A DNA stretch of 60,153 bases, the filler included. It is 8 parts of 8 records of this genome, joined end to end, with 100 filler letters (N's around TTAATTAATTAA, not from the genome) between each part and the next. Parts side by side here need not be neighbours in the genome. Positions count along the whole stretch, not along the records: positions 7,737 to 14,445 come from SRR31147125_52659; positions 14,546 to 20,446 come from SRR31147125_52664; positions 20,547 to 27,237 come from SRR31147125_52672; 5 more parts are not named here. The stretch is one strand, 5' to 3'. Numbering within the stretch: the stretch's first letter is position 1; each line of letters opens with the position of its first letter. Positions 11,062 through 20,573 of this stretch are shown here, in pieces. The translations under genes and the position numbers were made by a program. The notes beneath the pieces are model-generated. The model was given only the letters and a program-made list of their open reading frames with translations, was not told the DNA's origin and did not search any database.

Positions 11062-11105
11062 AATAAAAATCCCCACGATTACGATAACGAATCGCGGGGT
11101 ATTTT
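11062..11105. terminator. Intrinsic terminator between convergent genes
   Basis: CCCCACGATT...AATCGCGGGG stem (G-U pair on the minus strand) flanked by A/T tracts. Confidence 0.65.
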
Positions 11106-11147
11106 GAGGGGGATCTGGTAACGGATGGATCTGCCGGGTAATCTCGC

Positions 11148-11750
11148 CTACTTGCTCAATTGCTTCAATTCGTTGCGAATCACCCCCAACTCAGTCGTGA
11201 TCATCGATTTCAATTCATCAATGGTCTTGATAAGTGCTTCGATCGTGACTGTTCCCTCTGACTGATGGGCTGGCTTGGGAGTGGCCGTTTTGACGATTTG
11301 AGATTTGAGCCGCTGAAATTGCTTGATTTCTTCTTTCAGCATGTTGTCTTTCTCGCTTTGGCTCAACTCATCGTTGGTTACAGATTCCTCCAGCGTGGAG
11401 TAAACGGCCATGATACGCTTGATGGTATCCGGATGCGCTTTGGATTTATGCGTGCGTAGGTATTTGCCCAAAGAATTCAATATTTTGAGAAGTTTCTGGT
11501 TGGCTTTGTGATCGGCAAAATACTCCACCAATCCATTGACTTGGTAAATAAACGAATCCAGGCCCTTGTCGTTGATTTCCCAATCAATTGCCAGAATCGT
11601 GGATTTCAATTCCTTTAACGGAAGACCGGCTTTTGACGCTTCAGTTTCGTCAACAGAGGCATCATTCTGGGCAGGCAGTGAATCACTGAAAAAATCATCG
11701 AGACGATTTTCCAAATCGAAGGCGAAGGTATCATTCGCTTTGTTGTCCAC
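11148..11750 (-). CDS. Hypothetical helical protein downstream of mglA
   Basis: 200-aa ORF starting 12 nt after the mglA stop, with an RBS; DLENRLDDFF N-terminus, LKSTILAIDWEI core, coiled-coil tail. Confidence 0.75.
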   Translation of the reverse strand: MDNKANDTFAFDLENRLDDFFSDSLPAQNDASVDETEASKAGLPLKELKSTILAIDWEINDKGLDSFIYQVNGLVEYFADHKANQKLLKILNSLGKYLRTHKSKAHPDTIKRIMAVYSTLEESVTNDELSQSEKDNMLKEEIKQFQRLKSQIVKTATPKPAHQSEGTVTIEALIKTIDELKSMITTELGVIRNELKQLSK

Positions 11751-11762
11751 GGTGGGTTCCTC

Positions 11763-12366
11763 CTATAGAAGCTTTTCCCGAATGCCGACGATCGTTGTCG
11801 AGATTGCTTTTTTAACAGTGGGAATTACATTGTCTCCCTTCAGCGCACTGGCCGTGAAACTGGGGGCCTTAAGTTCCGCGTTGAGGTCCTGCTCCATGGT
11901 TTCAAGATCAAGAATGGGAATGCCCTGCGACGCCATATCGCGTTTGTTGTATTGCAAAACAAGGGGTGTCTCAGCGAGATCAATATCGTAGAACTGGAGA
12001 TTCTCTTTCAGATTTTCCAGTGATTTAATATTGTTTTCACGCCGATCGACGATGGAGTCGGCAACAAAAACGATTCCATCGACACCCTTTAGCACCAACT
12101 TGCGGGTGGCGTTGTATTTGACCTGGCCAGGAACCGTATATAACTGCGTCTTTACATTGTATCCCTTGATTGATCCAAGCTCGAACGGCAAGAAATCAAA
12201 AAACAGGGTGCGATCGCCCTGGGTTTTAATGCTGACCATGTCGGATTGAATACGATGCCGAATGCGGCTGAAAATATACTCCAAGTTAGTTGTTTTCCCC
12301 CCTGCCGGGGCCAACATACACCAGTTTGACCTGAACTTCCTTCGTCTTGGTATTGATAAACGCCAT
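11763..12366 (-). CDS. mglA: MglA-family small GTPase (frameshift in the G-run of the P-loop)
   Basis: ATG 12366 MAFINTKTKEVQVKLVYVGPG, then GKTTNL, DRTLFFDFLP, LYTVPGQVKYNATRKLVLKGVDGIVFVADS, QYNKRD. Confidence 0.93.
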
Positions 12367-12428
12367 ATTTTCATCTTGCCTGATTATGAATTCAGGTGTT
12401 ACCGGCCACTTAAACGCCTATTGTCAAA

Positions 12429-12833
12429 TTAAGTGGATCGGGTCTTATCAATCAAAACTTTAATTTTCTTTATCACTTCATCAATTTTCAGCCTGAGGTA
12501 GCCTAAGGAGACATCATTTCCAAATATGGATACCAGGAGAAAATCATCAAGGATTTTAGTGAAATTGATATTCTCGCTTTTGCCTTTGTGGAATAGCAGT
12601 GAAAATTCTTCTTCGCCAATAATGGAGGCCATCGCACTAACTGCACCGAAGTTTCCTGCAGCCAGGGCTGCCAATGAGTAGACATCATGGCGCACCTTCC
12701 CATCATCGAGATTGACGATGACATTGCCGGCCATATCAATCAGAATTACGGATTGAATACCCAGCGTCATCAAATCGGTGGTCAACGCTTCCTCTAAACC
12801 ATCCAGTTGTTCTTGGTCCAGGATATAAGACAA
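12429..12833 (-). CDS. mglB: MglB-like roadblock/LC7 protein
   Basis: SLAALAAGNFGA...GEEEFSLLFHKG...SLGYLRL; immediately upstream of mglA. Confidence 0.88.
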   Translation of the reverse strand: MSYILDQEQLDGLEEALTTDLMTLGIQSVILIDMAGNVIVNLDDGKVRHDVYSLAALAAGNFGAVSAMASIIGEEEFSLLFHKGKSENINFTKILDDFLLVSIFGNDVSLGYLRLKIDEVIKKIKVLIDKTRST

Positions 12834-13391
12834 TGTCCTTTCCTCCTTGCTGAATCAGGTCTTCGCCTCGTAATCAGCCGTAATGCCAACCGTGAAATTC
12901 ACTGGCGTGGCACCGATAGTTGTTTGCCGTGCTAAGCTTTGCAGTAGTGATTTCGGTTGTGGTATAGACAGGCTTTAGTTTTATTCCGCATTACTAAAAA
13001 AAACGCTCGTGTAATTGGGGATCGATTTTATCTACTGAGTGCTTCTATTATCCTTTCTAGATACACTTGTTTGCTCTGGCTTTTCAAGTTTTTTCTATAA
13101 TTTTAAGGGCCTTTTTTTATTTTGCCTTTCTTCTATCAAAAATGCGATCAGTCCAAGCATTGTCCTGAGATTTTTTTACCGTCGATCAATCCTTTTTACG
13201 AAGGGTTTCATTGATTCCTGAAAGCAGATGTAAATATTTGTTATTTGTAATCTTATGGTCTAATCTGTGCTTGCTTTTTTCTGTAAAGGCAAGATAAAAT
13301 ACAATTTCTGATTATGGTAGCGGGTGCTACCGTTTTGATCGTGTAATTTGCGTGTTAACCGGCGGTGATACCGTGTCGGGAGAAAACCTTA

Positions 13392-13992
13392 ATGAATGAT
13401 TCCAATTGGCAGGCGGAAAAACAGAAAATTTTAACCAGGCTTTCCATTGCCATTTATAAGATGACAGATGAACAATTGATATCCTTGATGCATTTTTTCA
13501 AAGACTTAGACATCGAAGAGAAGGAAAAGCTCCTGAATTTTCCCGCGTTTCATTCCGGGGGCAACCGGCGTTCAGGAACGGCAGTTACTGATTGCCCGCT
13601 TCTTTTTACTGATCAATCAGTTGTCCGAAGCCGATTTACTCAAGTTCATGAACCGATATGAGCAAAAACAGTTCTCCATGTTGCGTGAATATCCCCGGGT
13701 ACCCTGCAACTTTACCCTTGATTTGGCTGCTGATGGAAGGGCGATCAATTGTTTTGCCATGGATATCAGCGCTGGGGGCATTTTTGTTGAAAGCTGTGAG
13801 GCCTTTACCATGGGACAGTCGGTTGCGATCTGTTTTTCGTTCGACGACGAGTCGTTGCCGTTGAAAATGAGCGGCCGGGTCGTGCGCTTGGAACATGGGG
13901 GGATCGGAATTAAATACGAGTCATTAACGAGTTATCAGCTGGAAATTATGAAGAACCTGATAGATCGCCTTCAAGACCCGATAAGTTCCTAA
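13392..13992 (+). CDS. PilZ-domain protein with helical N-terminal extension (frameshift at G-run ~13557-13561)
   Basis: REYPR (RxxxR) and DISAGG (DxSxxG) motifs; ORFs 13365-13661 and 13621-13992 overlap in different frames. Confidence 0.8.
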
Positions 13993-14181
13993 ACGAAAAC
14001 TGAATACGGGTTTTATTCGGGTTTTCAGGTTGTTCTAAACCCCGATGCCCAAAATAGGTTTTATTTGTCGGCGTGCATGGAAGAATCATTGAAATTGCAT
14101 TCAGGCATGGTATATATACTAATCTATAAAACGCAACGACGTAGCAATTAAATACAATTATAACAAGGGGTTTTGTCTTAG

Positions 14182-14445
14182 ATGGTCGATGTCAGGAGCC
14201 AGCGCATAAAAGTCAGCAATGATCGGCGGCAGCACCCCAGATTGGAGTTTCGGTGTACTGCCCTGTTTGGTCATTCCAAAGACGTGCTGAAAGTCACGGA
14301 TCTGAGCCTCAACGGTGTATTCGTGGAAGTGGCGGACAAAACCGGTCTTGAACCGGGTCGGACCGTTAGCCTGGCGATTAAGTTTCCCACCGAGGAAAAA
14401 GCCATCCTATTAAAAGCAAAAATCGCCAATGTGAATAAACGGGGG
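14182..14445 (+). CDS. PilZ-domain protein (3'-partial)
   Basis: RRQHPR and DLSLNG motifs. Confidence 0.85.
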
Positions 14446-14545
14446 NNNNNNNNNNNNNNNNNNNNNNNNNNNNNNNNNNNNNNNNNNNNTTAATTAATTA
14501 ANNNNNNNNNNNNNNNNNNNNNNNNNNNNNNNNNNNNNNNNNNNN
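14446..14545. other. Artificial contig spacer 2
   Basis: N44-TTAATTAATTAA-N44. Confidence 0.98.
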
Positions 14546-14855
14546 GCCGCCCGGCCGTTGTACCTTTGGGCGCCATCAACGCAAACGAAACATCCAGCAT
14601 AAGCGGTATCGCAATAAAGTCCCCACCGTAGCACTCTGCCATGATTTCATACAACTGCGCCGCCGAGTTTTCATATCCGATACGCATAAAATCGGCCATG
14701 TTCATACCCGAAAACAGACGCAGATTTCGCAGTTTATCACGTTGATTCCGTCTTTCGGATACGCGGCTTAAAACCCCACCCATCCGATCACCAATAAGTA
14801 ATCTCTCGGTCAGCATGTTTTTGGTAAAAAAATGGCAGTGCGCATCAATCAGCAT
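14546..14855 (-). CDS. Amidohydrolase-family protein (3'-partial)
   Basis: N-terminal IDAHCH metal-binding motif; GGAG RBS upstream. Confidence 0.7.
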
Positions 14856-14980
14856 ATCGCATTCTCCCCGATGTTACATTCTTACAAATCACATTCTGTA
14901 TATCGTAATTCAAACCATATACAAAGTCAACCATTTCTCATGCGGCAAGCCATACGCTAAAACGATATACAACCAGCGCT

Positions 14981-15004
14981 TAAAAAAGCCCGCCTTGGCG
15001 AGCC
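14981..15004 (-). terminator. Intrinsic terminator after mgsA
   Basis: Minus strand GCTCGC-CAAG-GCGGGC followed by T6. Confidence 0.65.
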
Positions 15005-15018
15005 TTGGTATCTGAATG

Positions 15019-15459
15019 CTAGTGCAGCTTGGCTACCTCAGCCATCATAGTGCGCTGATAATCGCGCTCCATCAGCAGTGACGACATCAAGAAATCTGCG
15101 GTAGAGACGTTCATCGCCACTGGTATATTATAAAGTACTGCTATTCTTAACAGCGCCTTTACGTCCGGGTCGTGCGGCTGCGATGTCAGTGGATCCCAGA
15201 AGAATATAAGAAAATCGATCTGATGGTCTGCAATCATCGCGCCGATCTTCTGATCTCCCCCCAGCGGGCCGCTTCGATATGCACGCACCGGAAGCCCCGT
15301 CTCTTTGGCCACAATCGAAGCCGTAGTACCTGTTCCGCACAAAAAGTGCCTCGACAGCATTTTTTCGTTCTTTGAAACCCACTTGACGAGGTCAGCTTTT
15401 CTGTTATCATGCGCAATTAATGCGATATTTTTCTGCGCTTTAATCGTATGTTTCTCCAT
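15019..15459 (-). CDS. mgsA: Methylglyoxal synthase
   Basis: IALIAHDNRK, GTGTT, SGPLGGDQKIG, FFWDPL, PHDPDVKALLR. Confidence 0.97.
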   Translation of the reverse strand: MEKHTIKAQKNIALIAHDNRKADLVKWVSKNEKMLSRHFLCGTGTTASIVAKETGLPVRAYRSGPLGGDQKIGAMIADHQIDFLIFFWDPLTSQPHDPDVKALLRIAVLYNIPVAMNVSTADFLMSSLLMERDYQRTMMAEVAKLH

Positions 15460-15574
15460 ACATAAACTCCTTCTTCTCTTTAATAATCAGCTCAATTATA
15501 CGCTACATCCTACACAATCACAACTTTCCGCAATGAACGCCTTTCCAAATAACGTATTTTTTATGTATAACATA

Positions 15575-15603
15575 TTGACAAACTCGTTTTCGTTCGATAC
15601 AAT
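15575..15603 (+). promoter_or_regulatory. Sigma70/SigA promoter of the TetR-ABC operon
   Basis: TTGACA (15575-15580), 17-nt spacer, TACAAT (15598-15603). Confidence 0.8.
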
Positions 15604-15612
15604 CCATTAAAG

Positions 15613-15622
15613 AACGGCCGTT
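15613..15622. promoter_or_regulatory. Candidate TetR operator
   Basis: Perfect palindrome AACGGCCGTT between the -10 box and the tetR start. Confidence 0.5.
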
Positions 15623-15638
15623 ATTTTTTGAGGTGCAT

Positions 15639-16250
15639 ATGCAGATAAAGAAAAACACAGTACGTGAAAAGCTATTAGCCGCAGGACGCAGCGAGTTCTT
15701 GGCGCTTGGCTTTGAGAAAACATCCATCCGCACCGTTGTTCGGGCAGCAAATACAACCATAGGTAATTTTTATAACTACTTTGAAAGCAAAGAAGCGCTT
15801 TTTTCTGCGCTGGTTGACGGAATTTACACCAAGTTCAAGCGATTCCTCAGCGAGCATCACAACATTGAAGGACATCGCGATTTACTTGGAAACCCCAATA
15901 TGCACACATGGCGCGCACAGCTTCAATCTTCGATCACAATGCTAATGCCTATAATAAACACTCCATTTTTGCTTCTGCTCAATTGCAGCAGCGGCACAAA
16001 ATACGAAGGGGCAAAAGAACAATTCATTGAATTATTGAGCACACACTTTGAGGAGCATATCGCAGAATTCACGCCGGACTACCCGCATCCTGAGATTGGG
16101 CGCATCATCGCCGAACAGTTGGTTGACGGATTCGCATCAATAATCGCACGCAACGACGACGAAACAAAACGCACACAGCTCATTGTCGAACAAATCTACT
16201 TTACATCCGCCGGTATCTACACTTTGCTGCTGGGAGGCAATCATGATTGA
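15639..16250 (+). CDS. TetR/AcrR-family regulator
   Basis: EFLALGFEKTSIRTVVRAANTTIGNFYNYFESKEALF helix-turn-helix. Confidence 0.92.
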   Translation: MQIKKNTVREKLLAAGRSEFLALGFEKTSIRTVVRAANTTIGNFYNYFESKEALFSALVDGIYTKFKRFLSEHHNIEGHRDLLGNPNMHTWRAQLQSSITMLMPIINTPFLLLLNCSSGTKYEGAKEQFIELLSTHFEEHIAEFTPDYPHPEIGRIIAEQLVDGFASIIARNDDETKRTQLIVEQIYFTSAGIYTLLLGGNHD

Positions 16251-17097
16251 TATTCAAAACCTAAGCTTTACGTACACAAAACCAAAAAAGCACGCGGTTA
16301 AAAACATCTCGTTTTCCATTCGCAAGGGCGAAATTTTTGGTTTTCTCGGTCCCAGTGGTGCAGGTAAGACTACTACCCAACGCCTGATTATCGGCTTGCT
16401 ACGCGGATACAATGGCAAGATCCGGGTTATGGGCCGCGAACGAACCGCTTGGGATAAAACCTTCTATGAGCATATCGGCGTGGCGTTCGATTTCCCCAAT
16501 CTCTATTTAAAGCTTACCGCGAAAGAAAACTTGAAACTGATCTCCGCATATTATACAAATCAGCCAAAAAGTATAGACGCGCTGCTCGATTCCGTAGGTC
16601 TGCTACCCGACAAAGACCAGCGCATCGAGGGCTTCTCCAAAGGAATGAAAATGCGATTAAATTTCATACGGTCCATCATGCACAATCCCGATATCATGTT
16701 TTTTGATGAACCCACATCGGGGCTCGACCCCGTAAATGCCAAGATCATAAAAGACATGATTCTCGCAATGAAAGCGCAGGGCAAAACAATCTTTCTGACC
16801 ACACATAACATGACGGTTGCCGAGCAACTATGCGGCCGCGTAGCGTTTATCAACGAAGGCGCACTCTGTGCAGTCGATAGCCCTCGCTCGTTAATGATCG
16901 CTCACGGCAAGTCCTCAGTCGATGTGACTTATAAAAACGGCGACACGCTCGCGTCCGAATCATTTGCACTCGATACCATTGGTAAAAGCGAGCGCTTTGC
17001 GTACATCGTACAAAACAAGAAGGTGCTGACCATGCACTCACAGGAAGCCACCCTTGAGGACATCTTCATTCAGTTTACCGGGAGGTCTTTGATATGA
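16243..17097 (+). CDS. ABC exporter ATP-binding subunit
   Basis: GPSGAGKTT, FSKGMK signature, FFDEPTSGLDP, TTH; ATG 16243 with GGAGG RBS. Confidence 0.93.
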   Translation: MIDIQNLSFTYTKPKKHAVKNISFSIRKGEIFGFLGPSGAGKTTTQRLIIGLLRGYNGKIRVMGRERTAWDKTFYEHIGVAFDFPNLYLKLTAKENLKLISAYYTNQPKSIDALLDSVGLLPDKDQRIEGFSKGMKMRLNFIRSIMHNPDIMFFDEPTSGLDPVNAKIIKDMILAMKAQGKTIFLTTHNMTVAEQLCGRVAFINEGALCAVDSPRSLMIAHGKSSVDVTYKNGDTLASESFALDTIGKSERFAYIVQNKKVLTMHSQEATLEDIFIQFTGRSLI

Positions 17098-17819
17098 CGA
17101 ATCGCCGCACACACCGCCTTGCCAACGCCCTCAAAGCCGATTTGCTGTTCTCTTTTAAGCACGGCTTCTACTACGTATACCTCATATTAATGCTGCTCTA
17201 TATTGTTTTGCTCGGTTTATTCGACGATCACATTGTCAAAACAATACTGCCGATCATACTCTATACAGATCCGTCTGCACTTGGACTCTTCTTTATCGGC
17301 AGCATGATCATGCTCGAAAAGCAGCAAGGTATACTTGCACTGCTCCATATCACTCCGATTCGCGTGCGTGAATATATCTGGGCAAAGATTATCAGCTTGT
17401 ATCTTGTTTCGTTGCTGACTAGCATCGCCATCGTGCTTTTCGGCAGCAAACTGCCCGTCAATCACATCTGGTTGCTGCTCGGTATATCGCTCACATCCGT
17501 TTTCTTTACGCTGATCGGCTTTTTGATATCGATGAACGCGAAAAGCGTTAACGACTACCTCGTCAAAATGATTCCATGGATGCTGTTACTTGTCCTGCCG
17601 TGTTTTTCGCTCATCCCAAACGGGCTGATGCCGCAAGCCGTCAACTGGATAATCGGTCTCATCCCAAGCGTCGCAGGCCTTCGTCTGGTATTCGCCGCTG
17701 TCACACCCGAACCGGTTTTGCAGCTTTTGTTGTGTACCGCCAGCCTTGTCATTGCAAACGTACTGCTAATGATAAAGTCGGAACAGATCTTTATAAAAAA
17801 AGTATTTTCAGCAGCTTAA
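17094..17819 (+). CDS. ABC-2-type exporter permease
   Basis: About six TM segments, DPSALGLFFIG...MLEKQQG...ITP; ATGA overlap with the ATPase; resembles the Rv2686c-2688c-type drug exporter layout. Confidence 0.8.
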   Translation: MTNRRTHRLANALKADLLFSFKHGFYYVYLILMLLYIVLLGLFDDHIVKTILPIILYTDPSALGLFFIGSMIMLEKQQGILALLHITPIRVREYIWAKIISLYLVSLLTSIAIVLFGSKLPVNHIWLLLGISLTSVFFTLIGFLISMNAKSVNDYLVKMIPWMLLLVLPCFSLIPNGLMPQAVNWIIGLIPSVAGLRLVFAAVTPEPVLQLLLCTASLVIANVLLMIKSEQIFIKKVFSAA

Positions 17820-17832
17820 ACGGGAGGTTGAT

Positions 17833-18540
17833 ATGTTCAAACTCACTTATTTTACATCTACTTTCAAACAACTGCTTCGTGAACCTATGATGATGCTTCT
17901 ATTCCTGTTTCCACTCCTCCTTCCTGTAATCTTTCGGCTGATCCTCGTGTTTCTTGTCCCGTGGATTACAAGCATGGTACCATTCGATATTACACTATAC
18001 CATCCGTATATACTATCGTTCGTACTCATCCTCACCCCCGGTATGCTCGGAATCGTGATGGGTTTTATGCTGCTTGACGACAAAGACGGCAAAATTGTCG
18101 AACTGATGCGCGTCACACCGCTCGGCCGCAGCGGTTACCTTACACTGCACCTCTCCTTCATTTTCACCAGCACCATACTGTATACGATATACACGTATCT
18201 CGTCATGGGGCTATACCTCGTGCCGTTTATCACTCTGATTTATCTCGCCTTGCTGCTTTCAATATACGGCAGTCTACTCGGGCTTTTGCTGTTCACTCTT
18301 GCATCCGATAAGGTCAAAGGTCTTACATACGCCAAGGCGCTGAACCTGCTGTTTCTGTTCGCCTTAGCCGATCTAACAGGTATTCCGTGGATATCGTATA
18401 TATCCGCGCTCTTCCCTACATACTGGATCCCGAGAATGATCATCGAGCCATCTAGCCCTCTTATCCTTTTGTTTGGTTTTATCACCCACACCGCCTGGTT
18501 CGCGCTTATTTATCTGCAACGCAATCGAAAACAAGATTAG
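17833..18540 (+). CDS. ABC-2-type exporter permease (second)
   Basis: About six TM segments; GFMLLDDKDG...RVTPL, DKVKGLTYAK, PTYW. Confidence 0.8.
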   Translation: MFKLTYFTSTFKQLLREPMMMLLFLFPLLLPVIFRLILVFLVPWITSMVPFDITLYHPYILSFVLILTPGMLGIVMGFMLLDDKDGKIVELMRVTPLGRSGYLTLHLSFIFTSTILYTIYTYLVMGLYLVPFITLIYLALLLSIYGSLLGLLLFTLASDKVKGLTYAKALNLLFLFALADLTGIPWISYISALFPTYWIPRMIIEPSSPLILLFGFITHTAWFALIYLQRNRKQD

Positions 18541-18730
18541 CTCCAACCTCCAATCACATTACCGATTATTGCAGCTAACATCTCCAAATACAACAATTCT
18601 AACGTTATATGTAAAATAATCAACATACACCGAACAAATGGTTGCTTTTGGTTTTTATTGGTGATAAAATATACTTGTTGCCATTTGATTTATGTTGCAT
18701 ACATTTATTTCATTAATATAGGAGAACACC

Positions 18731-19924
18731 ATGAAACCGCCAAAAAAAGACGTACGCTTCCTAATCCTAATCCTCATCACAGTACTGTTACTCGCCAGCC
18801 TGCCGCTTTCCGCCGTGTTTGCCGAAGGTGAAGGCGAAGAACCGACACCCGAACCAACTCAATATAATGAGCCTCTAAAGATTTCCGCGTACGATTATGG
18901 TTGGTTTTTACCAGAATACGATTATTCTTCCGCAGGAATAACGATATCAAGTGAATGTAGTTTTAATATTAGTACAAATAGATATACATCAGATATTTCT
19001 GCAACATGTAATATTACAGACGAAACCGCAAACAAACAATTGGTTATCGATTCAATGGTTGCAAACTCCGCATATGCTGCATATCATTCGAGTTCTTTGA
19101 ACCTATCAAGTTCTTTCAAAAACTATATGAAAAGTTTGCCAGAATCCACATCATCCCCCTCTGCAACTACTACATCCACAGCATCACCAGCTCCCGAACA
19201 GTCTGATGCGCCTTCAACGACAACTCTCCCCTCCGCCTCATCTAGTGCAACATCAACAGATATTGGCGATAATTCTGATACTTCCGCAAACGCCACACCG
19301 CAGCCAACCGATAAAGACTTGGATAATGCAACTGACAACCAGCCAGAACGCGAGGGAACACTCGATGACATCAACGAAGATGTTTCTACGCAAACCAACG
19401 AAGAAACGGGTGAAGTAAGCATTGCTCTTTCTTTTAAAAGCAAATTCGAGCAAGACACCAGCCTTGACTACATCGACATTTGGTATCGCGAAAAACCGCA
19501 GGAGACCGCTTTCCATCTCAGCGACATATTCTTCTCAACCGCATATGCGGCTGACGAAGACTGGACTTATCTGCTCCTGAATACATCTACGCCCGAAACA
19601 AACCTGAATCTAGACTCCGAGAAGCTATATGAAATGTATTGCGTCGCAAATTACGAAAACGGCACGCAAACACCAACTTACTTTGAGATTCACCCATCCG
19701 AAAGCGAAGTGTTTGTACCGTTAGATGTCAGCTTAGCCGACACATCTTTTCTGGGCGATCAGCAAAGCACAGACGTTGAAGCGACTGTCTCTTCCACAGA
19801 AATACACACGTCTCTGTCCACAGCATCAATCATATTTCTTGTTATGATGGTTCTGTCGCTGTGCGCAACTGCACTGTTGGTTTTCTTGCTCCTTCGTTTC
19901 AATAGAAAACCAGTTGCCGGATAA
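18731..19924 (+). CDS. Hypothetical exported protein with Ser/Thr-rich linker and C-terminal TM anchor
   Basis: Signal peptide (AVFA-EG), S/T/P-rich middle, C-terminal hydrophobic helix plus RFNRK. Confidence 0.75.
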   Translation: MKPPKKDVRFLILILITVLLLASLPLSAVFAEGEGEEPTPEPTQYNEPLKISAYDYGWFLPEYDYSSAGITISSECSFNISTNRYTSDISATCNITDETANKQLVIDSMVANSAYAAYHSSSLNLSSSFKNYMKSLPESTSSPSATTTSTASPAPEQSDAPSTTTLPSASSSATSTDIGDNSDTSANATPQPTDKDLDNATDNQPEREGTLDDINEDVSTQTNEETGEVSIALSFKSKFEQDTSLDYIDIWYREKPQETAFHLSDIFFSTAYAADEDWTYLLLNTSTPETNLNLDSEKLYEMYCVANYENGTQTPTYFEIHPSESEVFVPLDVSLADTSFLGDQQSTDVEATVSSTEIHTSLSTASIIFLVMMVLSLCATALLVFLLLRFNRKPVAG

Positions 19925-19945
19925 TCATAGCAACTAATCTTCAAT

Positions 19946-19985
19946 AGTCAAAAAGGCGATCTAATGACCGATCGCCTTTTTGACT
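19946..19985. terminator. Bidirectional intrinsic terminator
   Basis: Perfect 16-bp inverted repeat AGTCAAAAAGGCGATC / GATCGCCTTTTTGACT between convergent genes. Confidence 0.88.
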
Positions 19986-20020
19986 TCCACTTTGGGCGTA
20001 TCACACAGATGACATGTAAA

Positions 20021-20314
20021 TCATAACATCCGCAGCGCATCCTGCTTTTTCTGGCCGAACGCCTTTTTAAAGTCTCCGTTAATCCCGTTCTGCACCATCC
20101 CATCGCCCAAAATGATACACGTGGAAAGTGTCAGCTTTACAAGCTCTTTCGTTTCCTCCTGCCGCGCTTCCAGTTCCGCAATCTTATCTTCGTTTTCCTG
20201 CGTTTTCTCCGCCTCGGCTCTGGCGCTCTTTTTACGGTCGCAAACGGCATAAACAACCGCATTTATCACAAGCATTGCGACGCCGACCGCCACTCCGGTG
20301 ATGATTCCATCCAT
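20021..20314 (-). CDS. Small single-TM coiled-coil protein, phage lysis-module (holin-like) type
   Basis: N-terminal TM, coiled coil and INGD motif; starts 3 nt after a peptidoglycan-binding gene. Confidence 0.55.
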   Translation of the reverse strand: MDGIITGVAVGVAMLVINAVVYAVCDRKKSARAEAEKTQENEDKIAELEARQEETKELVKLTLSTCIILGDGMVQNGINGDFKKAFGQKKQDALRML

Positions 20315-20317
20315 CCG

Positions 20318-20446
20318 CTACGCTCCGATCAAGCTTGTCCACGTCTTCGGGCCAACAACACCGTCCACCTCAAGACCGTTCGCCTGTTGATATGCCTTTA
20401 CCGCTTTTACTGTGTTTTTCCCATACGCGCCGTCTACACCTTTGGG
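20318..20446 (-). CDS. C-terminal peptidoglycan-binding domain (endolysin/amidase-like, 5'-partial)
   Basis: Not in the ORF track; reads PKGVDGAYGKNTVKAVKAYQQANGLEVDGVVGPKTWTSLIGA*, the PG_binding_1 pattern. Confidence 0.85.
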   Translation of the reverse strand, partial: PKGVDGAYGKNTVKAVKAYQQANGLEVDGVVGPKTWTSLIGA

Positions 20447-20546
20447 NNNNNNNNNNNNNNNNNNNNNNNNNNNNNNNNNNNNNNNNNNNNTTAATTAATT
20501 AANNNNNNNNNNNNNNNNNNNNNNNNNNNNNNNNNNNNNNNNNNNN
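20447..20546. other. Artificial contig spacer 3
   Basis: N44-TTAATTAATTAA-N44. Confidence 0.98.
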
Positions 20547-20573
20547 CTCCCGCGTTGATTAGGCGGGACTCGA

